A stretch of 64,000 bases of DNA from Blasia pusilla (lineage: Eukaryota), in NCBI GenBank assembly GCA_050084515.1, contig CM114271.1:20956001-21020000 (forward strand), read 5' to 3'. Below the pieces are notes generated by a model. The model was not told the DNA's origin. It saw nothing but the letters and a program-made list of their open reading frames with translations, and searched no databases. Positions 48,601-63,300 of the stretch are shown piece by piece. The position numbers and the translations under genes are program-made. Position 1 is the first letter of the stretch. Each line of letters begins with the position of its first letter.

Positions 48601-51600
48601 ACGAGAGTTCCTCCAATTCTTTGATTCATAGGAGTTGGTGCTGACGATGACATAAGAATGCTGACAAGAACAGTCTTCACAAAAGGATGGAAACAAGCAC
48701 CTGATAGTTAGCCGACTGTAGTCACACATTAAGTGATTCGAGCTAGTTGGCTCTCAAGACTCGAAACAAATGAAAAACGTTTTGGCCATATTCAGATGAG
48801 ATTCCTCAGACTTGAGATTCACTCACAAGGGAAAACACATTGGAGAATTTGCAATTCAGTAGAAATTGAAAATGAAGAGAACTTCCATGAGAACAGGTGT
48901 GACTTGGAAGGGAATGATAAAAAACGGGGTGGAATTTGAAGGGCTATGACATCCCACAGAGGTAGGACTCCAAGAAGGCTCCAACCTAGCTTGGAATCTG
49001 ACTAATTCTTTTGTGTTTCTCTGCGTAGGGGGCCATGGCGGTTAGACCCAAGGTGCATTTGGTTCAGTAAGATGAATAAAAGCTTGTGATGAGCCGGTTC
49101 CTGACAAATCCACAAACAGAAATCCTGAAACATCCACGGTACCTGAATATGGAACCTGTCATGTCCAGTGGAACCCGGTCCCAATAACTAAGTTTTTACA
49201 TTACTAGGGGAAGTCAAAGACACTTCCCATAGAAGGATCTATGCAGACTCGTTCTGCATGCAAAATGGATATCTCCTCAGGTCCTCGTTTCATCCATACA
49301 AAGAAAGCTGTTTCCTCGGGATGTTCACTAGCTCCATTTATTTGCCACTAGAACAGAATTCAGTATTATTTGCACTTCTTCTATGCAGGCCTTTTCTTAA
49401 TGACATGCGGATGTTTTAGTCTTCCCCGGGTAACTTCTACGTGGGGAGTATTTGACTTCCCCTATTGTGACTGAAAGACTAGACGATTGGGCTTCTAAGG
49501 ACACCGTAGCCTTCTACTACTATCAATTACCTTGTCTCGGATGGTTTAGCCTACCTAACTACTACAAATCTTGTAATTTCAAGTGCGGTGGTCCTCTTCT
49601 GTCCCCATGAACAATAAAGCACTTCGATCATTTGTACCAGATGCATGAAATACAGGAAGAATCAGTATCAAATAGTTTAACCTCACAGTACCTTAGAATC
49701 GCCACCTTTCAAGCTGAGACTGACATGTCCAACTGACGCTTTGGATAGAGAAGATGATTTTCTCCCCAAGTCTTGACCTGTTCCTTGAAAATTGACATCC
49801 AACCGACTGTGATTCAATCGAGAAGCAGTATCACTGGTACTGTGGCCGTTCTCCTCCTTGTGGATCTCCGCACTGGTCGATTCGATTTCTTTTCCAGTTG
49901 AGACTGCAGATGAAATTTGCGCCCTGAGCTCATTGATTTGCTTACGCACCTTTGCTGCCTTGTCTGCCTTGCCCTTCCGCTCAAAGGCTAATCCCTTCCT
50001 CTCCAGAGAATCGATAAGCTCTTGCTCTGGTGCAAGGGTCCCCTGTGAGGAGCGCTTACGTTTCTCCTCCACCACAAACCTCAGAACAGGTAGGGATGCT
50101 TCACTTAAATTATTCATGGACTTGGACATTCTTTCATCACATCCAGAGTCGGCTACCTTTAATGTGAATGTTCGAGATTGCTTGCTATTGTTCACAATGA
50201 CAACGCTTTCTGGTGTTGACCAGATGCCTGCCTGCACTGCCCCAAAATCAATGCTGGATGTGTTGAGCCAAAATGTATCAGCTCGGCTGATAGTTGCCTT
50301 AAGAGTAACCACCTGATCATTGCCAGGATCATACACATTACTCACAACAAGTGTCTCACGAAAGGAACCTCCAAGGGAAGGTTGGAACACGAAATTCACT
50401 TCTCGACCAGAGTGAGGTTGTAAGACACCGGAACGTCCATTGAGTATGTGCAAGTCACCAGACGCAATAGATCCTGTCCACATTTATATAAAGAAAATTA
50501 AAAAAACCATGCCACACTTACAGACGACATCATTTCCTAGCGATCATTATTGAATGTAGAAAAATCAATGCTGACACAATGATCATCACACATTGGGGAC
50601 AAATATAATACATATTGAAAGACCACAAGATGTAGTGTAATACCAGTCTTTTTCAGTTTGTACAGCAATGGAACATCTGAATGGTTCATCAGCACCAGAG
50701 TTTTTGCACGATGCTCATTCGTAAGAAGTTTCCCAAAACTTATATTTTTCTGTGCCAAAGAGAGGAGAGCTCGACATATCTAGAATACAGCCAGTAAACT
50801 ATTTTAGATGAGTTTGTTGTTGGTTAAACTAGCTCTCACGTTGGTAAAATTGCATTGATAGTCGAAGGTACTCGGATGCACTCTTCAAAGCTAGATAAAC
50901 ATATAAATATATGACTTTTCTTGAGAGTTCAACAATGTAAGGTCTGCAAATAAAGCTGCTCCAGGAAGGCTGATGAACTTGAAGAAATGTAAAACAGATA
51001 TCACATGTATACCCTGAAATGAACAGGTAGCTCTCGAGTAAGAAGATCCTCGTCCATTATGTGTTCAAGAAATCCGCCTTCAAGAAGTTCCTGACGTTCC
51101 TTGTCCCACTCCAAGAGTTGTATGTTAACCTGACAAGCCTCTCAAGTGTAAGTAAGATAGCAAATTTAGACTAAAATGAAGAAAAGTAGGCATGGCGTGA
51201 GAACCACACCATATCCATTCAAGTTGCATCAGTTCACATTCAACTTTTAAGGAAAAAATATTTCGGCCCTTGAAAGTACGACCAGGTCAGTCCACAAGGG
51301 ACTCGGAGGACCAAGGTCTTAAGAGGAAATCACAGACAGGAGGCATCTACATCTCGTTCAAAAGTCCAAATATTACCTTTGCTGTAAGTTGCTGAAGCTT
51401 CCCTTGCAGAGAAGAACGAGTTTGACCGTTTACATTCAGCAGGACATACAGCATCTTCGTTTCCCCAGGAAGAAGCTCAAGTTTCCTTACTGGGGTCAAA
51501 GTCCTAGGGAGGTCTTCCAAGACATGCATGAGTAAATCACGATCCTTTATCTGATTCTCAACATACTGATGACAGAATAACAAGAAACTTGCGTTAGAGA

Positions 51601-54600
51601 AAGGATTGTTATCGAGACATCCCAAGAACTAATGCTCTTGCCGTTTCACAGCTGAAATATCTGTGCTTGGCTAGGACACACTTGATCTCCACGCTGCTAT
51701 TGGTTGTCTGTGTTGCTGGAGGTACCTCCGAGGGGACATCAGAGAAAAAGCACTGACCTTCTACTTGAGTCTACTTGAAGAGCAAAACGTGCATGTAAAT
51801 TGAACTCGTACCTGCTTCTCACCCTCTTCATCTGAAAATGAACTGTTCGAAATAACATGATTCCCCAGCCGCATGAGTACCTCCTCTATACCCTCATGCG
51901 ATACTTCTTCCTGGCCTGTTTCTGACACAACATTCTGTCCTTCCTCAATTGCACTCAGCAGCGCACTGCTTTGTACTCTTTTCAAAAAGCGAGGTGCATG
52001 GTCTTCCCCTGAAACACCAAATGGCTTTGCAGCAACAAGTGATTCGCTGTTCAATTCACCTTCCCCAGTCATAGACCTGGGAACAGATTGACCAAGTCCT
52101 GGTGTTTTATCCCCACCATTGCTTGTAAAGGAACTGGTAGCAAGATCTAGACACATTCTGACAGAACATAACAAAAGCTGGTCAGTTGCGCAGTACTTGA
52201 CCCTGTGCTTCATGGATTAATCACCTTCACAAGTTTTTAGAACATTCCATCACGGATTGAAATTGGGAGTACTCTGATATCCCATGTTAGTTTACCCTTT
52301 CCTAACAGCTTCAAATTTTCATACGTCCCTACACATGTTTTAATCGTGGATATGATCTCCCCAGTAATAACTTCAGTGCTACTAGCATTACGTCCACTTT
52401 TCAGCTGAGCTCTTCCTAGGGACAAGGAAACATCCACAACTCCAAAATAATTCTTAGATGTGGTTTTGCAGGTTTACCAACCTCATTCTTGTCTTCTTTT
52501 CAGATGTGGTGAAAGGTCGTTTCGGGGGCATTGCCCTTTTCTGGCCCTGCTGCACAAGAAATGGAGCTGAGTCGACGATTGCCTTGCTCAGACGTGGTTG
52601 TGATTCTTCAAGAGTTTCAAGAATTTTCTCCTTGTTCACCAACGCAGCATAGGCTCTTCATATGCAACCAACAAGCCCAGAAAAGGAAATTGAGCTAAGC
52701 ATATAGAATATTGGCTCTGTCATACCACACACCATAGATTCGGAACAATGCTCTTAGGTTGCCAGGGCCTAGAACGACACGGAAACTGGTGTGAAAATAA
52801 TCAGTTGGCATAAAAATGCAAGCAACATGTTACATGCAAGGACCTCGACGACTGGAGACAGCTACAAAATATAAGAGTGCGCACACAAGGTACAAGTTTA
52901 GTACCACCTTCTCCTGCTCTCGTGACCATCTTCCTCACTTCCCTCGCTGAGTGTGCTCGATGTGTCATCTCCGGCTTCGGACTGTAATTCATCTCGTAGC
53001 TGATAGATTCCCAGCTCCTCCAGCATAGATGTATTGAAACCAAGCACTAAGGACTTACCTGTGATATTCTCAATGGATAGAGTTCGTATGCTCGGGTTGT
53101 TGACAATGACACTGTGGCATCCCAATACGCCATGTCAACTTTCCAGACAACCTATGGAGCAACCAGAATCTATAGCAAACTCAGTTTGATTCTGAAAGAA
53201 CTATTGTGTGTTCGCCAATCTTCACAGATATCCATACATTATTCACCACCCAAGACTACAAGGTACCTACGTAATCATCTCAAAAGTAGTGCGCAGAATG
53301 ATGTAAGTCGTATCAGAACAGATGCTTAGCAAAGCAAAAAAAATAATACCCAGCCAGAGATAGTATAGTTCCAAACTCACCAATCAAAATTTAGGAAGTT
53401 GTCTGTAGAGGGTGTTCGTAGCTTGTAAAACAGAGAGTGAAGGAGAACATGATGTCGATCCATGATCTTGGCTCGAGCTTCCAGAGTCTGCTGATTGTTC
53501 TTGTTGTAAAAATTATTAATTGTGATTTGTTTGCGGTACGTTAAGTTGATCTTGAGGGGTACTAATTCGATGTCCAAGCTATATGATTGTCGAGGAGCAA
53601 TTGGCACTCTACCTTCCTTTTTCTTAAAGCTCAGTACCGTAGATGAAACATATAAGGCCACAAGAGCAGGGAGATCGGAAAGATTCATGATTTCAACAGT
53701 AGCCAATTTGTGGGATCCGATGTTGCAGTCGCCAAAATTTAGCTCTGGAGTGGACAGCTTCACAATCGAGGTGCACACACGAGCCTTGCACTAATTTCAC
53801 CAAAGAGAGAAAATTAAACACAATATTCATGTCATTGTAATATTTTTGTTATTGTAAAATCACCACCAACAGATTCAAAAGGAAAAAACAATGGTCGGAG
53901 GAAACCCATTCCTCAACCACCAGACCAGACAAACAGTGCTAATAATCAATAGATGCTGTAAAATGCAGTTGGAATGTGGTTTTTTCCAACTTTACAGAGG
54001 TGTGTTTCAGAGAAGACAGAATGCCTTGAGGTGTTAGCGACATGATACCCAGCAGACGGAAAGGTTTTACATCTGAAGTAATTGCACACCCACAAGGTGA
54101 AGTGTATGTACCTGAATAATGTTGGAGAACCGTTGCTTGCTACGACCTTTCTTCTCCTCGCACTTTAAGGCAAGACGGAAGGTACGTCTTTGCAGTCTCA
54201 CTGCCTTCGTTTCGTCTGATGCACCATCTGCGCAGAACCACACTAGTAGATTCTTCCCTTCACCACGTCCAAGTGACAATTCTTCGATCCTGTTCTTCTC
54301 ATCAAATTTGATACTTGTACCAACAGAATCCTCCTGCAGAACAGAGGTCTGAAGGTTCAAAGAAAATGACCATAACAAGAAGGAAAGTCCTCATGATTCT
54401 ATCTCAAGGAGTTTACTTCAAATGGAAACCAAACATTATAGAGCCATACAAATCATACACAGCTACCAATTGGAAGCATCTTAATAACAGAGCAAGAAAG
54501 AAGCTGCATGCACTGACCAATTTGTGACTTGGTGCGGTAGAATCTATTTCATCTTCGGTAGCTGGCAGGATGTCTTCAAGAAGCTTTGTATCATGCTCAT

Positions 54601-57600
54601 AATTATTCGTAGGAGCACTTGACATGTCCAGCTCTGTCTGCAGGTAAAAGTTGACCTTATCACCTGGAGCATGATCGGTACCCAGATTCACTACCAAAGC
54701 CTGCAAATTCAAACCTCTCATCAGGACCGAAAAAAAAATAGCTTTTCCTGGCTTCCTAGAATAGTTGAAACTCCTGCGAATTCCTCCAGCTCTCATAATG
54801 GCCAAACATCTTGGATAGACCCCAACAAACCTCTGTCCCTCAATGCAATTTGGCCCAACAAAACAAAACCTCTAGATTTCGGGTATACTGGTGATATCTG
54901 CGCTTATAGTATTGTTCAAGTTTCACAGTTCATATGTGGCTTATGAAGACGTGGTCTTGAAATGGAAAAACTTTTCACTCACAGAAGGGAAGACGGACTA
55001 TGTAGACATCACAGTATGGAATGACTTGAAGATAGACAACACTATTTGCTCAGTGCAGCTCCCATGAGATAATGAGAAGGAAATTCCTTAAACTATTCGA
55101 GGACCTTTTCTTAAGAGTGAAACGCTTCAGGGATAGTGTGAGCGAGGTTCAAATTGCATGACTTTGTCTTGGTGATAGACTACAACATCCAGGGCACTAA
55201 ACTTCCTGGGACACCACAGGCTTCTAGTTGTAACTTCCCTAGTCTGCAAGAATTATAAGTGAAGCAAAGATAGTGAATTGTAAGTCTCATCATCCTCTTG
55301 GATCTCCATAGACAAGAGATCGGTACATTGTTCGTTCTAGTAAAGAGATGATTCGAAACCATGACTTGTACCTCTTGAGTGATATTTCGCAGAGTCAGCA
55401 TCTGGCAGGTCCCATTACATGAATAACAATCACCAAAATCCAAGACACCATCCTCACCGACACCAGTGACAAGAAGCCCCTCTTGTCTGTGCTCAGCATT
55501 GACCTGCATTGAGCATACAGTCAGGACATACTTTCTTCACATGAGAATTGGAAGAATAGGCTGAGTGTGGGGGATACGTACGATACATTGTACAGGAATG
55601 CAAGTTGAGTTCCGCTCGTCAAAAGTATTTTCCAGCTGTATTGAGTACGAGAAATCTCCCACATCTCTGGGCTTGTACATCACTCTGATGCGTCGGTGAG
55701 CACAGCTTTTAATATCACCACTTGCAACAGATAGTCCAGTGTCATAGTCTTTAAGATCCAAAGCCTGCAAACAGAAACACTTACTGTCAACTTCACAACT
55801 CTAAGCCTCGGTGAGAATAAAACAACCGAATCCTCATGAAGGACGCCGTCATGCACGCATGCCAAGTCAACAGCTGTACTGTAGATTGTGAATAGACGTC
55901 TTACAGGTTGGTCAGCCTGACCGCTCTTGACGTGGAGCTGAAACGCACAAGGAATTTCGGACAAGTTCCAGATGCTGAAATCTTTCACGAATACTCCACC
56001 AGGGACACAGTCATCAAAGACAATATCTTGAACATCTGCCTTTAAATTTGACCTGAATACTGTTGAGTGAAAATGAATCACGATATCTTGACGATTATCA
56101 AGAATGTTTTCGCCAGCTGAACCCAATTGAGTCTGCATATTGTCATTGAGTAATGACGCTGAGAGAAAGATCATTCCATTGACCTTGAAAGTTTGGTCTG
56201 TAAGAGGATAGACGACCTTGGAGGAAGGTTCGGTAGAGACATTTTCATAGACATTCTGTAAAAAAAAGTCAAGATAGAAAGATTTTAGCAATGGCGGCGA
56301 GCGGCGACGCCACTGGGCATGGCATTTACAGTTCTGCATAATGCCACACTAAGCGTGGAAACAAGGTCACAAGGAGTAAAAAATAACATAACTTTCTCGC
56401 ATTTCGTCTCCGGGATTGATAGTTACAGTACTTGATACCGTTGATGAAGTACCTCTACAGAATCTCTTTCAGACACTGGAGAACAATCTCCAGTGCTATA
56501 AAGCAGGACATGTCATTTGCCATCCACTTCCTAAAAATGTCTGTGGATTCAAACAGGAAATGCTCGAATTTGCCTCCATGAAAGAGTTGACTTTTATTCC
56601 ATCAGAGCTTTTCCGGCATCGCACAATGAATGAACGAAGTACTGTACATTTTGCTTTTGGGTTCATGTGCAAAAATAAACGTAAAATGTGTAAGATTGAA
56701 CCTAAAGAAAAAAAACAGAAATTTTCCAGCCTTGTAGACATATGGTGTTAGAAACACCTACTCCATCCGATGCCAGTTGTATATCTTGTTGCGCCTCCTT
56801 GAAATCTCCTCCATGATCAGAAGCATCCTTTGGTAATTCGGAAGGTCGGAATGTTATGATGATTTGCTGGACCTGCCTTGGTTGTAGGATGACCTCAGTG
56901 ACTAAATTCACAGTATTGAATAACTGTATCAGACATGCAGTGTTCATGGTAAGTTGATCAGACCTGTCTAAGGAAAGTGGTCAAAGCAATAGAAACCAAT
57001 TCACATTGAAACCTGATTGGTCGTGACACACGAGGTTCAAATTTAGCTGAATCCCGGAAAATCTCAATTATTGACCTACATCTCCAGCCCGCCGTTGCCA
57101 CCAATCTAACTACTTGTGAGCTGTAGAGGCATGTCGCACTCAGTTCCTGTCAGGGTGAGTAATTCACGCTCCCCAAAGACTCTCAAACATAGCTCCTACC
57201 TTGACCAACAGTAGTCGAGCTTACACGACAGAATGTCATGTCCCCCATGCCCTCAGGTATTGTCAATACAACCAAATAAACTGTCTTCGATCGTCTAGAA
57301 ATTCTACTACTCCCAAGTGCGATCCACTTCAAATTACACTGAAACGATTTAGATCTGAAGATTCAACATCTGTACCGAAGGTTTTTCCCACAGCGCGCAA
57401 TTAAATAAGCAAATCATGGTAATCTTGCCTCGCTAAAGTCGTTTGACATAAATGTCGCGACCGTCGGCTCGGAGCCGTTGCTTTCATCTGTATTGTCGAT
57501 ATTCTCATTGTTCAGCTGGAAACCAATCTGCGAGCTCAAGTCGCTGTCCAAAGTCAACCGCAATGCCTGGTCGCACAAACTGTTCAGAGCGAGTACAATC

Positions 57601-58267
57601 CACATGTGAGGCGCTCCCAGAAGCAATTCGAATTATGATCCGCACAAATTTCTCTTCAATGTGTGAGAGTGAGATAAGCATCGGGTAAATTACGGAAACT
57701 CATGCAGATTTCCTCTATCAATCTGCTTGAGAATAGCTGACGCCATTTCACCCTCCCGGCGAAACGCAAGTACAGAGCTGAACTGCAACAGAGACTCAGA
57801 GGCACTTGGCATAGAACTTTTGTTTTAATGAGGCTTGCTCCAAATTTTCGGGCGAACAGATGATCGACCTATCAGCTTCACCGGATACCCCGGTTCGAAG
57901 TCCAACTCGCATACGGAACAATTTCCGCAAAATCGCCCCCGCGACAGGAAAATTACCAGCACTTTATCTAATGACAATTCAGAAGAATCAGCCTCACCAC
58001 AGGCCTGAGACATAAGCCAATCCTGCAAATACGAGTGCCCAGACTCGAATGACCCGGAAATCAGTGGGGAGAAAGGCAGAGAGCGCACCTGATGAGCAAG
58101 AACTTGCGTAGCACATGGAATTCATTGAGAATCACATTCCTCAGCTCCACAGTGTTGCTGGCAATGTCCGTGGCAAACAGCGCGGGGGAGGACGAGGACG
58201 GGTTGTTGTTGTTGTTGTTGCTGTTGGGACTACCGCCTGTTCCGGCCATGGAGGCAAAGTCCTGCAT
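36640..58267 (-). CDS. Very large multi-exon uncharacterised protein with tandem ASH/PapD-like Ig-fold repeats (Hydin/CFAP-like architecture)
   Basis: Many minus-strand ORF blocks bounded by GT-AG, including one of 1256 aa (44122-47892). Recurrent motif [LI]xFG...xxLxNxS: LDFGDCY..LTLRNIT, IVFDDC..FSIWNLSEIP, LNFGDCNIG..EIMNLSDLP, ISFGKL..LVLMNHSDVP, IDFGAVQ..VIVNNSK, LDMGFC..LRLQNLAS, VELGKVGY..ITVENTSD. Start is ATG 58267 or 58249; the last exon and full exon chain are not verified. Confidence 0.8.
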
Positions 58268-59655
58268 GACGAGCAGGTGCCCCGCTGCTGCTGCTGCTGA
58301 TGCTGATGCTGTGCACTGAACAACAGGCAGGAGATGCAGGGCCTGCCTACCATGTCCACTCGGCACCGTCCAGCACTCGCAGCCCGCAAATCTTTTCCCC
58401 ACTAAATTCCTCCCTTCTCCACCCCCGACTCAATTCCCCCACCCTCTCTCACTCTCCCTCTCCCTATGCCCGTCACTGCTCAGATTTCCCCGATTGCAGA
58501 TTCTACGGGCTGAATACAGACTGATGTGGATGGAGTGAATGGTCGTGAACGGTCACCAATCCTCCTGAGCTAAGATTACCTCCGCGGCCGCCCTCGCGAC
58601 GGGTCATGCGGAGGCAAATTGCCTTAATTCTCCCCATCCGCGCTCCCGTCTCTCCCTCTTAAGCGATTGCGGAGATTGTGGAGCGCACAGCATCTTCTTC
58701 CGCCCTTGCATCCCCATCGCTCGTCGTCAAACGCCCGTATAAACAGTGAATCGACGACCTCCTTCTCCTCCTCCCCCTTTCGTGCTCCTCCTTTGCCTCA
58801 TTCCACACGCAATTACTCCCTTCCCTTCCACTCTTCTCCTCCTCTTCTCCTCTCTCTGCTCTTTACTCTACCGTCTCTGCGTTTGCGTTCTGCTCTGCTC
58901 GGCGCACACAGTTCTCGGTACAGTGCTGGGAGATCGCGGGCCTATGGGAGGCGGCGACGGTTGACGATGGCGCTGCCTTGCGGGGGCAGACACGCTGCGG
59001 AGTGGTAATATTATTATTATTACATTTTGTTTGTTGGCTTGCTTTTGTTTGTTTGTTGTTTTTCTTTTTCTTTTTTAAGTTTCGTTTCGATGGGGTCTGG
59101 AATTGATGCCTTGGATTTGTCGATTCATAAGGGGCAGTGGGGGGATCGCGGGCCAGCGCGACGGTTGATAAGGGCATGGTAGGCAGGCCCTGCGCGGCCC
59201 GCTCGTTGCGGCGGGTGCGCATAGCATGAGTTAATATAATATTCGTAGTGTATTTCTTTTCTTTTCTTTATTTACGCTGGTTTGTCGGATTTCGAGGAGA
59301 ATGCATCGAGTATTATTATTACTAGTAGCTGTCCGTGAAAGAAACTTTCCTTTTTAATCGGGACATATGAATAGAGCAGAGATGTTTGTTATAATATTAT
59401 TATTATTATATTATAGATTATCTGGGTGCTCACTTTTTAGTAAAATAATTCCCACTCCCGTCTTGAACCCGCTTCCCTTTCTCATGGTGGTAATCTCTTA
59501 GTATTTCTCTTGGATTTAATTTCTAATTTTAGAGACTCACATGAAAATTCAACTAGTGGATAAATAGTTGGGAAACTAAATTTATATGCTTTTCAAGGAA
59601 TTCTCATGGTGTGTGTGTGTGATATTTATATCATCGAGGAATCTCTTTGTACATA

Positions 59656-59856
59656 CTAGCTGTGCCCGTGTCATATACGGGGTGATGCCCCATTTTTTTA
59701 TTATCTCTCCTTATTTCAACTCCCTCTCTCAAAGTGACATGCGTGATTTTTTAAAAATGATTAGTGATGTACGTCGATACCATAGGAGACCTTAGAGGAC
59801 AAGTGTTAACACCTGAGGAGGGTTTTTTCAAACCCATCCTCTTTTCATTATATAGA
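59656..59856 (-). mobile_element. Small non-autonomous Helitron (~201 bp)
   Basis: Minus strand reads A|TCTATATAATG ... CCCGTATatgACACGGG (hairpin, one mismatch) CACAG CTAG|T. Confidence 0.7.
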
Positions 59857-60280
59857 TTTCATGTATGATCTCCTCCTTCAATTGAATATGTATCACTGTT
59901 AATCATAATCTCCGTCGAACTCTTGTATTGTGCTCTCCATCATGCTACAAATAATTGCTATGAGAAAATATATGCGTACATAATTGATTACAATCTTTCG
60001 CAAAATTTGACTTTGCAACTTATTAAAAGACATGATCAAATTAGAATGCAAATTAAGATCTATGCTAACCAAAAGATAAATCCAAGTCGGAAGCAATAAA
60101 AGAGTTGTTTAGAATGAAAATTAAATCTTGAATGATCTTTTCCCTAATAATTTCGATATTTGGAATAGACGGTTAGAATCCACAAATCACCAAGTGAGTG
60201 TCATTTACTTTTAATTCAAACCAAATTCCGTTTCATTTCATAAGAACTTCATTAGTGCATCTTGAACTATATATATGAAG

Positions 60281-60281
<1 letters not shown>

Positions 60282-60329
<48 letters not shown>
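60282..60329. repeat. (TA)n microsatellite
   Basis: Pure TA run of about 24 units. Confidence 0.95.
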
Positions 60330-60334
<5 letters not shown>

Positions 60335-63300
60335 CTCCATTAATAATGCTATCCATTCATATACTCTCGTGAACGTCTCATTTAGACTCTCACCCGTTCT
60401 TTGTTGAAAATCCTATAGACTCTTTAGCTTATTGGTCCACACAAGAAAAAATTGTTGAAGTAGAAAAAGTTTTAAAATCATCCCATGGTTAAAATAATTC
60501 TCTAAATTCATTTTTTACCCATATATACGCTATAACTAATCAATAATTTAATCTTAATTAGTTTAATGTGGATATTTCCTCTTTGTAAAGCTCAAATTTC
60601 TAAAAATAAATTTTCAAAGAAATTCAAGAAGTTCATGAATGAATGGGGTATGGAAATGCCAAAATTTTCCTCCAAGAAAATGGAGCTCCCAATCCAAAAA
60701 TTAAAATCAAAATCCATCAAGGATAGTTTTTTTTTCAAAATTTCTTTAACTCAAGTTACAATTTTTTGAATATATGAAGTTTTCCTATAATTCAACAAAA
60801 TTTGGGTGAAATATGCTTATTTTCAAAGCTATTGTACTATAATCAACAAGTCTCCATTTCTTTGCAATATGTCCAAGCTAGTGGGCTTGTGAGCATCATT
60901 GCCTAAAAACAGACAAGTTTGTCCTTAGAACGGACATGGATTGTAAAAGGTGGAGCCAACACTTATAGTTCATAGTGGAAGGCAAGGCAGGACGGACAAG
61001 GCAATAAGGTGGGGGGGGAGGGGAGGTAGAGGTGGGAGGAATCGAGGAGGAAGAAACGAGAAAGTGCGGATCACGAAGGTAAGTGGGGGGATGAGAAAAA
61101 AGGGGAGGATGAGGCCCACATGGACAAGTCCTTCTATTGGACTGACGTAAGTCTACGAACATGGACATATCCACAGATATGAACTTTTTCCTTTCTTTTG
61201 AGGTGTGCTCGAGATGTGAAAGATATGAATGTTGTAGGCCCCCTCACTAGTAATCATGTTTATTACTTGTTAGTTATATTATTTGTAATCTTAATTTCTA
61301 GGGAATTCCTTCTTTTCTATTCCCTCTAGTAGGATACGACTTAAGAGTTCCTTGGCTCTTGGAGTTCCTCTCTCCCTTTTCTTAAACTTTATGTGCATCC
61401 TCCTAAGCTCTTTAATTCCAATTTTCTTTTTTATTTCTTTCCAAAGCCATCAAAAGTTTTAAGAAAATCATAACTCAATTTATTTTTGAAACATATGCAT
61501 CCAGTTTATAGCATGATTTCAATTGTAATGTTCCTAGTGGATATTTCCTCAAAATTTCTAACTAAAAACTATGAAGAAAGTCAACATTTACATAAACGAA
61601 GGATAGAACTCATTTGGAAGTATGTGAAAGTTTATGGGAAGAAAATCAATGAGTTTACATGCAAAGATAAAATAAGTTTCTTCTTATAAAATTAGATTAA
61701 GTTTCAACACCATTGATCTCTAGGTTGAGAGTAAGTCCCTCAATTTATAATCATGAATTTATTTATTTTTAACTTCATTTGATGGCTTATGGTCATGGAA
61801 GTAAAATGTAGTAATACCCCTTAAGACTGATTTATGTCATAAAATCTTGTTCATCTATGTAAACGCATGTGACGATATTATGATTTGTAGATGACTTCTA
61901 CATATTCATTACCAGTTGTATCATATTCAATGACCACCGGGGTTTTATAGATTATGAATATCCATACACCCTTAATCAACAAAGTCATTATTTGAGTTTC
62001 TTTTTTAGTCTTTTTGAGTCCAATCATAAAAAAATATGACAATCACACTTTACTTTCCTAATAAGTATTACAATATCAATAAAGATCTCGTGAACAATGA
62101 CCATCCCTTTGAGAAGCAAGGCACAACTAATGATTGGAAATCAAAAAATGGATATTCTATGTGGAGGAAAATAAGAAAAGAGGAAAGTCATTTTACCAAT
62201 GGGCAAACTTAAAAAAATCTTGTCATCCATGAAATCGAAAGATTCCACCACTACTAGGGATGAGATGATAGATAACGCTAACATTCTATCTCTTTTCAAA
62301 CTTTGTCTAGATCCAAAGTTGGTAGGATGGATGAATTTCCTTACCACAAGAAATTTGAACATGTGAAGGATTACATATTGCCCATTTTAAGGAGCACATT
62401 GGTACCCGAAAATATGAGTATAATCATGATGCTTTACATACTTTGAATTAGGCTAAATGAGAGTGTAGAAAACGCTTTACCAATCGTACATGTCTGTTGC
62501 ATACTAAATGCTGAGTATATTTATCCAAATGGGGGAAGATGAAAGAAGGTAAGGCCCATATGGACAATTCCTCCCATACGATGGACGTAAGTTCACAGAC
62601 ATGGACATGGACTTTTCCACATGCAACCTTCTTCTTTTGTAGGAATGTAGGCCATGTTCAAAGAGAATATCCAACATTTCCTTGTCTAATATGTCAATAA
62701 ATACCCACACCACAAGAATGTGTCAAAATTCTAGGAGGAATCAAAGAGAAGGAGATGGACGACGACGAGGATATGTTCCTTATCCAGACCAATACCAATC
62801 ACAATCCTTGGAGGCAATTCTGTTTGCGCATCTGCAAAAAAAATTTCTAAGGCCGTCGCATCTAGTATGGTATCCACCACTGAGAGCTTGTGTAAAGGGG
62901 ATTTTCCCACGAGTATCAAGATAGTAGAAACCACTTGGCTATTAAATGGGATTACCCGTCCAACTATAGGGGGTACTATTATAGAAGAAGTACCTCCCTC
63001 TTCCACATCGATCTTCCATGTACAGATAATATTAAGATATCATTACTTTCAAATGAAGACCAAAAAATATTGAGAATCATTGAGATACCTGGAAGGATCT
63101 CATGGAAGCAACTATCATAGAGATTAAGGCAAATCAAGCTTGATCACTAAAATAGAAATAGAAATTTGTTTTGAAGGTTGCCGAGGGGTTTTAATATAAA
63201 ATCTAGTAGGTTTAAATAAGCTGGAAAAAAATTGGAGGGGAGGAGGGGGACGGGGGGAGAAGGGGGGGACATATTCACATCAATCATTGAAACTCCTTTA

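Noticed and set aside
60900-63100. Possible decayed DNA-transposon coding remnant; short shared motif at ~61120-61172 and ~62560-62612
   Set aside because: Too degenerate to assign a family or boundaries by eye.
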